This document shows, one piece after another, positions 38,799 through 49,145 of a DNA stretch of 64,000 nt. Origin of the DNA: Candidatus Marinacidobacterales bacterium (GTDB taxonomy: Bacteria > Acidobacteriota > Vicinamibacteria > Marinacidobacterales > SMYC01). The notes under the pieces were generated by a model. That model made no database searches. It was not told where the DNA came from and was given only the letters and a program-made list of their open reading frames with translations. Both the position numbers and the translations under genes were made by a program. The stretch lies in assembly GCA_965237955.1 (NCBI GenBank), contig OZ250169.1, positions 7,424,001-7,488,000 on the forward strand. The letters are read 5' to 3'. Within the stretch, counting starts at the first letter, position 1, and the number at the start of each line of letters is the position of its first letter.

Positions 38799-41700
38799 CT
38801 ACCGGATGAAGACGTACTCCATCAGATTGAACATACTGTGGGCGACGTCCTGCCACACCTCGGAGTCGTAGAGCAGGAGGTCCTCGGAGGTGCCGCGCTG
38901 CGACGCCACGGCGGTCAGATAGTCCGTCATCCGAGCTCGCTCCGCGGCGGTCGGTTGCCGAGCCAGCGCCTTGAGAAACATGTGGTCGAGACGTCCGCCG
39001 ACCGTGCCCGCCTCGTTCTCGGCGAGACGGCGACCCCATTCGGCCGCCTGGCCGATGACGAACGGGCTGTTCAGCAGCGTGAGTGACTGCGCCGGGACGT
39101 TGGTCGCATCGCGCTGGCCACGGGTCGTCACCGGCTTCGGCAGGTTGAACACCTCCAGGAACGGGTTGTGGACGTTTCGACGGATCTCCTGGTAGATGCT
39201 ACGTCGCCCCTCGCCGTCGACCGGGCCGTTGTCCCTGTTTCTTAGGAGGACCGGCACCGACGGGCCATACATCGTCGGGTCGAACCGACCTGACACCGAC
39301 AGCATCGAGTCGCGGATCGCCTCGGCGTCGAGCCGCCTGAGGTTGGCATGCTGCAGCAACCGATTGGACGGGTCGGTCTCGAGAGCCGCCGGCGACGCCT
39401 GGCTACTCATCTGATAGGTTCGGGTCAGCACCAGTCGGCGGACCAGTTGCTTCACCGAATACCCATCGTCGACGAAGGCGCCGGCGAGATAGTCGAGCAG
39501 CGCGGCATGGGATGGCGCATCGCCAAGCCGACCGAAATTGTCGACGGTACCGACCAGGCCATAGCCGAACAGGTAGCGCCAGAGCCGATTGACCGCCACT
39601 CGCCCAGTGAGCGGGTTGTCGGGAGCGGTGATCGCATCAGCCAGATGCAACCGCACCAGGCCCGGTTCGGGAGGATACGGTTGGTCGTCGAGCGCGGTCA
39701 GAAAGCCCCGAGCGACCACCTCTCCGCGGGTCTGGTGGTTGCCGCGGATCAAGAGCGGCTGGTCGGGCGCCGCCTCTTCGACGACACCCGGCGCCCGACG
39801 TGCCACCGGGACATCCCGCTCGAGCAACCGATATCGGGCGACCAGTGCCCGCAACGCGACGAGATGATCGAGTGAGCGGGGCAGCAGGTCTGCCCGGACG
39901 AACTCGTCGAGAAACACGGCCTCCCGCTCGGTCAGCCGACCGTCACGCCACGCCGACACTGCGTTGCGCAGCCGCCGGCCGACAAGCGACGCTAGCGCCT
40001 GGCGCGAGGATGGGGCCTCGCCGTCGCTCGCCTCCAGCAAGTGGAGAACCGGCACGACGGTGTCGCGAGGGGTCTCCTCGACGTCGTGGAACAGAACCTG
40101 GCTGACCCCGATCGACGAGCGCCCATCGCCGCGACGCGTAGGCCGGTTCGTGGCTAGGCTGTCTTCGGGATCGAAGGTGAAGTGCGTGACGTCGTTCTGT
40201 GTCGCGAACTCGATGTAGGCCGTGAACCCCTTCCAGAAGCTGGTGTCCCACTGCGCCCAGACCATCTCGTCCCGCTTCGGGCTGTAGCTCAGGTGATAGA
40301 TGCTGCCGCGCGGCACGGCGTGGTTCTCGATGATGAGCGTGGCGAAGCTGAGCCACGAACCACCGAGCGAAAGTCCCGTATTCCCACCGAGCACCCGCAG
40401 GCTGATGAAGTCGTTCTCGATAGGGAAGCGTGGCGTCTGGATGACCCCGGCATGTTTCGAAGACAGAAGGTGGGTATAGGCCCCCCCCGGATAGATCCCG
40501 TTCAGCACCCGGCACCTCACGCGCGCGGAGTTCACGCACGGGATCCCAATGGCAAACTCTCCCGGGGGCGAGGGGGCATCCGGCCGGCCCGTGCCATGAC
40601 CGACGGTTGCGGCATAATCGGCCCCGCTGAGGTCCCACGCCGTCTCGAAGTGCTCGCGATTGAATCGCTCGCGGGCGTCGATCTCCGACTCCCACCTGTC
40701 GCCGAGCTCGCGCCACGCGCGCGCCAGGGCAGCGTCCTCGACTTCGGCGAGCTCGCGCCAGGCGCCCAGCGCGCTGCCATCGCGCGGCTCAGGAGTCGCC
40801 CCGCGTGTCATGAACACGAACGGCACGTTGACGACGGACGCCGACTCAGCCTCACCGGCAGCCGCGTCCGCCGGCTCGAGATCCTCGAGTAGCCGCGTCG
40901 GAACCGTGTTGGCCGCCTCGAGCCAGGCCTCGGCCAGCCGGTCTCGAATGTCGACCTTGAGCGCGGCCAAGGCATCTTTGTTGGTGTCGAGCAGGGTCGG
41001 ATCGTCGATGGCCCGCTGCGTCGGTCTCGCCCCGTAGAGCGTCCCGAACAACGAGTAGTAGTCCTTCTGGCTGATCGCGTCGAACTTGTGGTCGTGGCAC
41101 CGCGCGCACGAAACGCTGAGCCCGAGAAAAGCCTTCGACACGACGTCGACCTGGTTGTCCGTCCACTTGACCCGGTCTTCCCACGGGTCGACCGGCTGAT
41201 AGCCATGTTCGACGAGCCGAAAGTGGGCGGTTCCGATGATCGACTCGTTGAGCTGATTCTCAGTGTCGAGACGTGGTGTCGGCAGCAGGTCACCGGCCAG
41301 GTGCTCGCGAATCAGCTGGTCGTAAGGCACGTCGCCGTTGAACGCGCGAATCAGGTAGTCGCGATACCGCCAGGCCAGCGGGATGGACGGGTCTCCCTCG
41401 CTGCCGTGTGACTCGCTGTAACGGAACAGGTCCATCCAGTGACGCGCCCAGCGCTCGCCGAAGTGCGGCGAGTCGAGATACCGGTCCACCAGGTCGGTGT
41501 AGGCGGTCGGCGACGTGGCGGAGACGAACCGCGCAATCTCGGCGAGGGTCGGCGGCAACCCACGCAGGTCGAACGACAGCCGACGGATGAGCGTGTGCCG
41601 ATCGGCGGGGTACGCTGGCTCGAGCCCGGCCGCTTCGAGCGAGGCGAGGATGAACCGATCGACCGCGTCCCGAGGCCAGGCGTCGTCGCGCACCGCCGGT

Positions 41701-42209
41701 GGATCGACCTGCCGGACCGGCTGCCACGCCCAGTGCGTGCGCCGACGCTTTGCGAGATCGAACGGCTCGGATGGATCGGGCGGGTCGGTCGCTGCCACCG
41801 AGCCCTCCGGCCACGGGGCCCCCATCTCGACCCACTCGATCAGGCTCGCGATCGCCGTCGCTTCGAGCGCCCCGGTCGGTGGCATCAGCACGGGTCGTCC
41901 CTGCACGCGCTGCACGAGTGGACTGCTGAGCGGATCGCCCGGGACGATGACCGGCCCGGAATCGCCGCCGGCCCGTAGCGCCTCTCGGCTGTCGAGACGC
42001 AGACCTCCGAACGGCGTCTCGACCTGGGCGCTGTGACACTCGAAGCAGTTGTCGGCGAGCAGCGGACGGATCTTGGTCTCAAAGAACTCGATCTGCTCGG
42101 CGCTCGGCGCACCCGCCGGGCGGGACCCCGATTGGGCTCCGACGACAGCGATGGAGGTCAGCGCAAGAAACGCGAGCGTCGCACCAGTCCAGACCATCGA
42201 GTGCTTCAT
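38799..42209 (-). CDS. PSD1/planctomycete cytochrome c protein, copy 2
   Basis: Near-identical paralog of 31508-34843 with three short insertions in the central region. Confidence 0.92.
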   Translation of the reverse strand: MKHSMVWTGATLAFLALTSIAVVGAQSGSRPAGAPSAEQIEFFETKIRPLLADNCFECHSAQVETPFGGLRLDSREALRAGGDSGPVIVPGDPLSSPLVQRVQGRPVLMPPTGALEATAIASLIEWVEMGAPWPEGSVAATDPPDPSEPFDLAKRRRTHWAWQPVRQVDPPAVRDDAWPRDAVDRFILASLEAAGLEPAYPADRHTLIRRLSFDLRGLPPTLAEIARFVSATSPTAYTDLVDRYLDSPHFGERWARHWMDLFRYSESHGSEGDPSIPLAWRYRDYLIRAFNGDVPYDQLIREHLAGDLLPTPRLDTENQLNESIIGTAHFRLVEHGYQPVDPWEDRVKWTDNQVDVVSKAFLGLSVSCARCHDHKFDAISQKDYYSLFGTLYGARPTQRAIDDPTLLDTNKDALAALKVDIRDRLAEAWLEAANTVPTRLLEDLEPADAAAGEAESASVVNVPFVFMTRGATPEPRDGSALGAWRELAEVEDAALARAWRELGDRWESEIDARERFNREHFETAWDLSGADYAATVGHGTGRPDAPSPPGEFAIGIPCVNSARVRCRVLNGIYPGGAYTHLLSSKHAGVIQTPRFPIENDFISLRVLGGNTGLSLGGSWLSFATLIIENHAVPRGSIYHLSYSPKRDEMVWAQWDTSFWKGFTAYIEFATQNDVTHFTFDPEDSLATNRPTRRGDGRSSIGVSQVLFHDVEETPRDTVVPVLHLLEASDGEAPSSRQALASLVGRRLRNAVSAWRDGRLTEREAVFLDEFVRADLLPRSLDHLVALRALVARYRLLERDVPVARRAPGVVEEAAPDQPLLIRGNHQTRGEVVARGFLTALDDQPYPPEPGLVRLHLADAITAPDNPLTGRVAVNRLWRYLFGYGLVGTVDNFGRLGDAPSHAALLDYLAGAFVDDGYSVKQLVRRLVLTRTYQMSSQASPAALETDPSNRLLQHANLRRLDAEAIRDSMLSVSGRFDPTMYGPSVPVLLRNRDNGPVDGEGRRSIYQEIRRNVHNPFLEVFNLPKPVTTRGQRDATNVPAQSLTLLNSPFVIGQAAEWGRRLAENEAGTVGGRLDHMFLKALARQPTAAERARMTDYLTAVASQRGTSEDLLLYDSEVWQDVAHSMFNLMEYVFIR

Positions 42210-42289
42210 AAAAAATAGGACTGTAATCTACCGTCCGCCCGTCCGCCACGCAAGCGGAGACGGGGGGCTGACGAGGACTCGTAGGGTCA

Positions 42290-42460
42290 AGAAACTCATG
42301 CGGCTTCCCGATAGTAGTGTCGGAGGAGCTTCAGAATGTTGCCGACGGTTTGGTCGCTCACTCGATACCCGAGCTTCGCCATCCCTTGGGCAATGCGCTC
42401 GTAGCCCTACGATCGGTTCTCACTCGCGAAGCGGATAATCAACTCTTCGAGCTTCTCGTC
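42290..42460 (-). pseudogene. rve integrase-core element remnant (internally deleted)
   Basis: Manual translation LEELIIRFASENRS*GYERI...KLGYRVSDQTVGNILK then L.HYYREAA*. Confidence 0.6.
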
Positions 42461-42572
42461 CTAGTCCCCTGGATCTTTGATTGATGACAAAAGTCTAAAC
42501 TAGCGTGCGTGGTCAAGGTTCGCTGAAAACAGAGGGAGAAGAGCTCACCGAGCTCGTTTGACTCCCGAGTGC

Positions 42573-43659
42573 TGCCTTGGTGCACAACTCGCGATCTCGG
42601 TCCACAATTGTCCTTTACTCACGGATTCGAGGTTCCCCATGAGCATTTTCAAACGCACTCAGCGGAAGTATGTGAAGAAGGCCTATCGCGTGAGGAATTG
42701 GCGTGAATATGAGGCGGGTCTACGCAACCGTGGGAGCCTGACCGTCTGGATCTCGCTCACCGCCGGCAAGCTTGTGAACTGGGACGCGCCCCGGCCGAGG
42801 AGGAGGAACCCGGGCCGTCAACGCAAGTACTCGAACCACGCCATCGAGACGGCTGTCACCCTGGGCATGGTGTTTCATCTGTCATCTAGGCAGAGCGAGG
42901 GATTGCTGCGATCGTTGTTCGCTCTGATGAAGCTAGACAATGATGTGCCCGATCACACCACGATCTCGAGGCGCAAGGCGAAGCTGGGTAAGGTCCCCTT
43001 CTACCAAGACAAGCAGAAGACGCCGTTGCACATCTTGATCGACAGCAGCGGTCTCGCTGTCCACGCCGGCCAGCTGCGCAGAGCACCAAAGAGCAGGGAC
43101 TATCGCAAGCTCCATCTGTGTGTCGACGAGCAGAGTGGCGAAGTCGTCGCCGGCGAGCTGACGAGCAAAAGAGCCCGCGATTCATCGCGGGTTGCATCGC
43201 TTGTCGGACAGATCGACAGTCCCATCTCATCGGCCAGAGCTGACACCGCATACGACGCCGGCGGCGTCTATGAGGCAATCGAGAATCACAGCGCTCATTG
43301 CTCGCCGAGGGTGCTGATACCGCCGCGCAAGGGCGCCCAGCTCGCATCGGGGCCGGCGAGCAGCCGACAGCGCAATCGCAACATTGCAGCACAAGCTCGG
43401 CTCGGCAAACGAAAGTGGCACACAGAATCGGGCTACAGCAAACGGAGCAAAGTCGAGACAACGTTCCATCGCTACAAGGCTATCGTGGGCTCAGCGATGC
43501 GAGCGAGAGGGTTGGCGGCACAGAGAGTCGAGGCAAGGATCGGGTGCAAGATTCTCAACACGATGACGGCGCTCGGGATGCCTGATAGCGAGATGATCGG
43601 ATGATGGGAGTCGGGGCCAAGCGAGCTCTCGGCCTCTATCGGAGTTGTGCACCAAGGCA
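42573..43659 (+). mobile_element. IS5-family (IS903 group) element
   Basis: IRs TGCCTTGGTGCACAACTC / GAGTTGTGCACCAAGGCA. Confidence 0.9.
42639..43604 (+). CDS. IS903-group transposase
   Basis: YRVRNWREYEAGLRNRGSLTVW, PDHTTISRR, IDSSGL, ADTAYD, SGYSKRSKVET. Confidence 0.93.
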   Translation: MSIFKRTQRKYVKKAYRVRNWREYEAGLRNRGSLTVWISLTAGKLVNWDAPRPRRRNPGRQRKYSNHAIETAVTLGMVFHLSSRQSEGLLRSLFALMKLDNDVPDHTTISRRKAKLGKVPFYQDKQKTPLHILIDSSGLAVHAGQLRRAPKSRDYRKLHLCVDEQSGEVVAGELTSKRARDSSRVASLVGQIDSPISSARADTAYDAGGVYEAIENHSAHCSPRVLIPPRKGAQLASGPASSRQRNRNIAAQARLGKRKWHTESGYSKRSKVETTFHRYKAIVGSAMRARGLAAQRVEARIGCKILNTMTALGMPDSEMIG

Positions 43660-43669
43660 CCATGCCGGC

Positions 43670-44692
43670 ATGATTTCGTCGTTGGTTCCCGCTCTCATCT
43701 CTGCCTTCAAGGCTCGTCGCGAGCTGGCTCTCGAGAATGTCGCTCTTCGGCAGCAGCTCGCCGTCCTCCGCCGTTCCGTGAAACGGCCGCGGCTCTCGAA
43801 GGTCGAGCGCTGGTTTTGGGTGCTATTGCGCAGAATCTGGACTGACTGGGAGAGCGTCCTCGTCATCGTGAAACCTGAGACGGTCATCCGCTGGCACCGT
43901 TGTGGGTTCGGACGATATTGGACTTGGAAGAGCCGACGGCGTAGGCCCGGACGACCAAGCGTCGCTCCCGAAATACGTGAGCTGATTCGGAACATGAGCA
44001 GGGCCAACCCTCTCTGGGGAGCTCCCCGCGTGCATGGCGAGCTGGCGAAGCTAGGCATCTCCATTTCCCAGGCAGCCGTCTCCAAGTATATGGTTCGTCA
44101 TCGCACCCCACCGTCCCATACTTGGCGGAGCTTTCTCGATAATCATGCAAACGACTTGGTGTCGCTCGACTTTTTCACTTTGCCGACCGCAACCTTCAGA
44201 GTTCTGTTCGTCTTCATCGTCCTTCGCCACGACCGTCGCCGTATCGTTCATTTCAATGTCACCGAGCATCCTTCCGCCGAGTGGACGGCGCAGCAAATGG
44301 TCGATGCTTTTCCATGGGACACCGCGCCTCGGTACCTGGTACGGGACCGAGACCAGACCTACGGAGCGTACTTCGATAGTCGCGTCGACGGTCTTGGGAT
44401 AGAGCAGGTCCTTACCGCACCGCGCTCCCCGTGGCAGAATCCATTCGTCGAAAGGATGATCGGCTCCATTCGACGTGAGTGTCTCGACCACGTGATCGTC
44501 CTTGATGAGCGGCACCTGGGGCGAATCCTACGCAAATACGTCGACTACTATCATTCGTGCCGGACTCATTTGTCGCTTGAGAAGGACGCGCCTGAGCCTC
44601 GCCGGGTAGAGTCACCGGCGATGGGCAAAGTGAGAGCCATTCCAAAGGTCGGTGGTCTCCATCATTATTACACTCGACACGCCGCTGCTTGA
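43670..44692 (+). CDS. Integrase-core (rve) domain transposase
   Basis: ENVALRQQL, VKPETVIRWHR, NPLWGAPRVHGEL, DFF, PWQNPFVERMIGSIRRECLDH. Confidence 0.9.
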   Translation: MISSLVPALISAFKARRELALENVALRQQLAVLRRSVKRPRLSKVERWFWVLLRRIWTDWESVLVIVKPETVIRWHRCGFGRYWTWKSRRRRPGRPSVAPEIRELIRNMSRANPLWGAPRVHGELAKLGISISQAAVSKYMVRHRTPPSHTWRSFLDNHANDLVSLDFFTLPTATFRVLFVFIVLRHDRRRIVHFNVTEHPSAEWTAQQMVDAFPWDTAPRYLVRDRDQTYGAYFDSRVDGLGIEQVLTAPRSPWQNPFVERMIGSIRRECLDHVIVLDERHLGRILRKYVDYYHSCRTHLSLEKDAPEPRRVESPAMGKVRAIPKVGGLHHYYTRHAAA

Positions 44693-45239
44693 GCCGATCC
44701 GCTCGGGACGGCTACGGGACTTCGCGCCAGCTTACACCTATACCCCTGAGTAGAGCCGACGCCGATCCTCGAAACGTCCTACATGAAGACGACCCAAGCA
44801 TCCTGGTTGCAGGCAGCTCGCTAATCTCACGCAGCTCGAGTTTATGGAAGGGACACCTACCATAGTCGGCTGTTTCTGGCCGGTTTTCTTTTTTGCGGGT
44901 CACAACTCCCACAGGAAACGGGGAGAAACAGATAGGCCGTGCCTACGGAGCACCACGCCAGCTCTCGACCCTACCGCGTTGTGTCCAAAAACAGAAACGC
45001 GTCGCCAAGCCCTTGATGGTTGAGCTCTTCACAATAATGATAGATGAACTCGGCGACGGCCCGGCGCGTGGGTCTTAGAGTTCGTTTGTATTTTTGGACA
45101 CGACGCGCTTGCGCCACGACGCCTGCTCGCCTTGGACAGGTAGCTCACCACGTTTTCACGTTTGTGCCATGGACAGCGTTGCACAACGTCGTCAAACCAC
45201 GGGGTTTGGAGCCGTTTCAATTTCCAACTAGGATTGGCA

Positions 45240-45445
45240 CACTTTCCGTAAGGCGGTTACCGAAGAGGTAAGGAGTCGTCGTGGTGGGATCATACCGGCG
45301 CCCGTCGGCCCGGCCCGAGGGTGCTCTTGCGGTCTCGGTTAGCACCACCAGCATGCGGGTCGATACCTGCAAAGCCGTTAGTCCTTCGGTGTCCTGAGGC
45401 CAAACGGTGACCGATGCGTCGACGGAAAAGCCGCTATGGCGCATC
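45240..45445 (-). pseudogene. IS91-family transposase fragment
   Basis: HSGFSVDASVTV...D.EGL motif. Confidence 0.55.
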
Positions 45446-45560
45446 GCAGATCAAATACACCTTGTGAATGGGAGCCATGATCTTGTTTGCGCTCAGTTCC
45501 ATAACTTGAGACTCTCTTGAGCTGAATATGTGAAATCCAATTTGTTTGATTGCGCAAAAT

Positions 45561-46340
45561 CTAGGAGTCCTGGCCGGTATTCATGTCCCAGATCAGCTTG
45601 AGGCCGTCCAACGTCAGCCAGGGAGCGCGGAATTCGATGACATCCGTTTCGGCCGCGATGAGATCCTCCAAGCCCCCGGTTCCGATGATCTTGGTCTCCG
45701 CTCCCAGTTCCGCCTTAAAGCGAGCCACCATACCTTCCACCAGTCCCACGTAGCCGTATACAAGGCCCGATTGGATGGCGGCAACAGTATTCCGGCCGAT
45801 GGCGGCTTCCGGCGGCGCGAGTTCCACGCGCGGCAGCTTAGCCGCTCGGGCAAAAAGCGCTTCGGCTGCCAGGTCGATGCCGGGCGCGATCGCTCCACCC
45901 AGGTACTCTCCTTCTGCAGATATCGCGTCGAAGGTGGTGGCCGTGCCGAAGTCGACCACACAGGCCGGCGTTCCGTAGAAGTGCCGCACGGCAACCGCAT
46001 CTGCCACTCGGTCCGCGCCGAGGGCGTTCTTCGGATCCTCGTAGCGGATGCTGAGTCCGGTTTTCACGCCGGCATCGATCACGAGCGGCTCGGTGCCCAG
46101 GTAGCCCGCCGCAGCCTGAACGAAGGTTCCCGTCAGTGGTGGTACGGCGGAGGCCAGCGCACAGCCCTTGATTTGCTCTGCGGAACAACCGGCGTGCTCC
46201 AGCAGCCCCAGTATTTGGAGTCCGTATTCATCGGGCATACGGTCATGAACGGTGGCAAGTCGCCAGGCGTTCACGCGCTCGTCCCCATCGTAAAGACCCA
46301 GTGTGATATTCGTATTTCCGATGTCAATCATCAACAGCAT
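45561..46340 (-). CDS. coaX: Type III pantothenate kinase
   Basis: IDIGNTN, LGADR, VVDFGTATTFD, GGAIAPG, TGG. Confidence 0.95.
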   Translation of the reverse strand: MLLMIDIGNTNITLGLYDGDERVNAWRLATVHDRMPDEYGLQILGLLEHAGCSAEQIKGCALASAVPPLTGTFVQAAAGYLGTEPLVIDAGVKTGLSIRYEDPKNALGADRVADAVAVRHFYGTPACVVDFGTATTFDAISAEGEYLGGAIAPGIDLAAEALFARAAKLPRVELAPPEAAIGRNTVAAIQSGLVYGYVGLVEGMVARFKAELGAETKIIGTGGLEDLIAAETDVIEFRAPWLTLDGLKLIWDMNTGQDS

Positions 46341-46347
46341 AAGGACC

Positions 46348-47187
46348 TCACTCTTCTCCCACCGTCATGGTGTCGATGAGACGGGTCTTTCCTATGAACA
46401 CGGCCATGGAAAGCAAAGCTCGCTCGCTCGGCCCATGCAGCTCTTCGAGCGTTTCGGGGTCTGCCACCGAGGCGTATTCCGCCCGGGCGAGCGGTTCGGT
46501 CGCCAAGAGGGTCTCCATCTCCGTCCTCAGTCTGTCCGCTTCTCGCTCCCCGGTGTTGAACAATTCGTCTGCAGCGGATAGTGCACGGTAGAGCACCGTC
46601 GCTGCCTGCCGCTCCTCCGGATTAAGGTAGGAATTTCGGCTCGACATCGCCAAATCGTCCGCTTCACGAAGCGTGGGGCACACGATCACCTCGATTGGAA
46701 AATTGAGATCCCGTACCAAGCGACGAATCACGATCGCTTGCTGGGCATCCTTCTGACCAAAATACGCTCGATCGGGCTGGAAACTATTAAATAGCTTAGT
46801 CACCACGGTTGCCACGCCTCGAAAATGCCCCTCCCGGATCTCTCCCTCCAGATAACGAGACAGCTCTTCCACCTCCACCCAGGTCTGATACCCAGGGCCG
46901 TACATCTCAGCCTTTGTCGGCGTCCACACCAAATCGACCTTTTCCGCGCTAAGTAGATCCAGGTCTTGTTCTAGATCCACTGGGTAGGTGTCCAGATCCT
47001 CCGTCGGCCCGAACTGGGCGGGGTTGACAAAAATGCTCACTCCAACGCTTGCACACTCTTGCTTAGCTCGTCGTACCAGTGAGAGATGTCCCTCGTGGAG
47101 GAATCCCATGGTGGGTACCAGACCCACATGGTTGGCCAGGGATTTCCTTGTCGCACGCAGCTCAGCCAAACTCTCCACCACTTTCAT
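46348..47187 (-). CDS. panC: Pantoate--beta-alanine ligase
   Basis: VPTMGFLHEGH, SIFVNPAQF, HFRGVATVV, FGQKDAQQ, MSSRN. Confidence 0.96.
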   Translation of the reverse strand: MKVVESLAELRATRKSLANHVGLVPTMGFLHEGHLSLVRRAKQECASVGVSIFVNPAQFGPTEDLDTYPVDLEQDLDLLSAEKVDLVWTPTKAEMYGPGYQTWVEVEELSRYLEGEIREGHFRGVATVVTKLFNSFQPDRAYFGQKDAQQAIVIRRLVRDLNFPIEVIVCPTLREADDLAMSSRNSYLNPEERQAATVLYRALSAADELFNTGEREADRLRTEMETLLATEPLARAEYASVADPETLEELHGPSERALLSMAVFIGKTRLIDTMTVGEE

Positions 47188-48107
47188 CTTTGCTCACCCG
47201 TGGACCCCTCAACCTTTGCGCGCACCAGATTCCATAGCGACCAATTGACCGGGGTCAGTACGCCGCAGCGCTCTCCTTCTCGCACGACGGCTCCATTGAT
47301 GGCGTCTACTTCAGTTGGAGCACCCCTCAGAATATCTTGGAGCATGGAAGATTCGTTCTCGGCGGTTCGCGTGGCGACTCCCTCCACTTCATGGGACGGA
47401 TCGCCGTACGGGAGCTGAATCCCTTGCGCCTCCGCCACTCGGGCCGTTTCAATAGCGGCCTCGTTCATGAGTCGCCGCGCATGGGGACGCTCCAGCAGCT
47501 CACCGTTCCGAACGTCCAAGAGCGCCGTAAGCGCATTGATTCCGGCATTCACGGCCAGCTTGCCCCACACCAGACTTACTAGGTTGGGCGCGGCGTGGAT
47601 TTCGAATCTAGCAGTCTCTAACAAATCCACCAGCGGTTCCAAGCGTGGGTGCGGCGCCACGTAGGTTGGTCCTGCTCCGCCCGCCCGGAACTTGCCTGGA
47701 CCCAGCAGCGAAGCGCCGGACGTGGTAACTCCTAGCGCGGCGCGCTCGGCGCCAATGGCAGCCCCCAAAACCTCGATATTGCCCAGCCCATTCTGCAGAG
47801 TAAGTGCCACTCCCTCGGGTGCCAGGCATTTGGCAAGCATGTTTCCCGCGGCTTCAGTTTGCCAGGACTTGACCAGCACTAGGGCGCTCTGCGCCCCTTT
47901 GCATTCCGACGGATCATCCGTTACCTTCACGCTGACGGTTAGGGTCTCGCCGTTCTCTTGAAGTCGAATTCCATGAACTCGTAGCGCTTCAAGTCCCTCC
48001 GCCCACCCACCGAGGAGCGTCACTTCTGCGTGCGAAGCTAGCCGGCCTCCAAAGAGGCCGGCCATGGCTCCCGTTCCTACGATAAGGATCGACGGCTTAT
48101 TGCTCAA
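47184..48107 (-). CDS. panE: 2-dehydropantoate 2-reductase
   Basis: GTGAMA, VKS, LQNGLG, W.KL.VN..IN, SSMLQD....TEVDAING. Confidence 0.93.
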   Translation of the reverse strand: MSNKPSILIVGTGAMAGLFGGRLASHAEVTLLGGWAEGLEALRVHGIRLQENGETLTVSVKVTDDPSECKGAQSALVLVKSWQTEAAGNMLAKCLAPEGVALTLQNGLGNIEVLGAAIGAERAALGVTTSGASLLGPGKFRAGGAGPTYVAPHPRLEPLVDLLETARFEIHAAPNLVSLVWGKLAVNAGINALTALLDVRNGELLERPHARRLMNEAAIETARVAEAQGIQLPYGDPSHEVEGVATRTAENESSMLQDILRGAPTEVDAINGAVVREGERCGVLTPVNWSLWNLVRAKVEGSTGEQR

Positions 48108-48122
48108 TGCGGTTGTTGGTCG

Positions 48123-49004
48123 CTAATGCCCTCTTCCATTCAGCCACTCCTCTAAGCGTACCCAGTCCTCGTCCGGCATTTCGACCGTATGCTCTTGAGC
48201 TGGGAACTGCCCGGATTCGACATCGTCCTTGTAGGCCGAGATCGCCCGCCCCATCTTGCCGTGGAAGTCGGCATATTTTTTCACGAAGCGAGGTGTGTAT
48301 TGATCGAACAGACCCAGAATGTCGTAGGTAACCAGCACCTGCCCATCACAACCCGCCCCTGCGCCAATCCCGATGGTCGGGATCTCCAACCGCTCCGACA
48401 CTAACTCTCCAAGCCGCGCGGGTATGTTTTCCAGCACGATCGAAAAGCATCCGGCCTCTTCGAGGATCTGCGCGTCTTCCAGCAGATGAATTGCGGAATC
48501 GGAAGTCTTCGCCTGAGGGCCGAATCCTCCCAATTGGTGTACCGATTGGGGAGTTAGGCCAAGGTGACCCTGCACGGGGATCCCGGAACCCACGGTGGCT
48601 CGAATCGCGTCGGCGCGTTCCCGACCGCCCTCCAACTTGACCGCATCCATGCCGCCTTCCTTCAAGAAGCGCCCGGCGTTGCGCACCGCTTCTTCCACCG
48701 AGGCCTGATAGGACATGAACGGCATGTCGCCGATAAGCAGCGCATATTTGGCCCCGCGCGCCACCGGCTTACAGTGATGTAGCATGTCCTCCATGGTCAC
48801 CGGCAACGTATTGTCATACCCGAGCACAACCATGCCGAGCGAATCCCCGACCAGGATGGAATCGATCCCGGCGCGATCCACAGCCGATGCAACGGCATAG
48901 TCATAGGCTGTTAGCATGGTGAGGATCTCACCACGCGCCGCCTTTAGGCGGAATGTGTTCGTAGTGATTTTCTTGCGTTCCCTGGGGGGTGCTGCGGTTG
49001 ACAT
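48123..49004 (-). CDS. panB: 3-methyl-2-oxobutanoate hydroxymethyltransferase
   Basis: MLTAYD, LVGDSLGM, DMPFMSY, VKLEGG, GHLGLTPQ, IGIGAG..CDGQVLV. Confidence 0.96.
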   Translation of the reverse strand: MSTAAPPRERKKITTNTFRLKAARGEILTMLTAYDYAVASAVDRAGIDSILVGDSLGMVVLGYDNTLPVTMEDMLHHCKPVARGAKYALLIGDMPFMSYQASVEEAVRNAGRFLKEGGMDAVKLEGGRERADAIRATVGSGIPVQGHLGLTPQSVHQLGGFGPQAKTSDSAIHLLEDAQILEEAGCFSIVLENIPARLGELVSERLEIPTIGIGAGAGCDGQVLVTYDILGLFDQYTPRFVKKYADFHGKMGRAISAYKDDVESGQFPAQEHTVEMPDEDWVRLEEWLNGRGH

Positions 49005-49042
49005 GGCTATCTCCTCCTTCGAGTGAGACGCTCAACAGAAAT

Positions 49043-49067
49043 AAAAAACCGCCCGGGCCTGGGGCGG
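49043..49067 (-). terminator. Intrinsic terminator in the panB leader
   Basis: Minus strand CCGCCCCAGGCCCGGGCGG followed by TTTTTT. Confidence 0.75.
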
Positions 49068-49128
49068 GACAGCCGCAATCTTCAAATTGTCCTACCGTCT
49101 CGGTCGGGGCCCGATCCAAGCGGCGCAC
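49068..49128 (-). ncRNA. pan-motif-like cis-regulatory RNA
   Basis: Minus strand CCGCTTGGATCGGGCCCCGACCGAGACGG hairpin upstream of panB, between TATAAT (49131-49136) and the terminator; resembles the pan RNA motif. Confidence 0.7.
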
Positions 49129-49145
49129 GTATTATACCGTAGAGG

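Noticed and set aside
44693-45240. Group II intron end or ncRNA after the rve gene
   Set aside because: No domain V/VI consensus; looks like degraded mobile-element sequence
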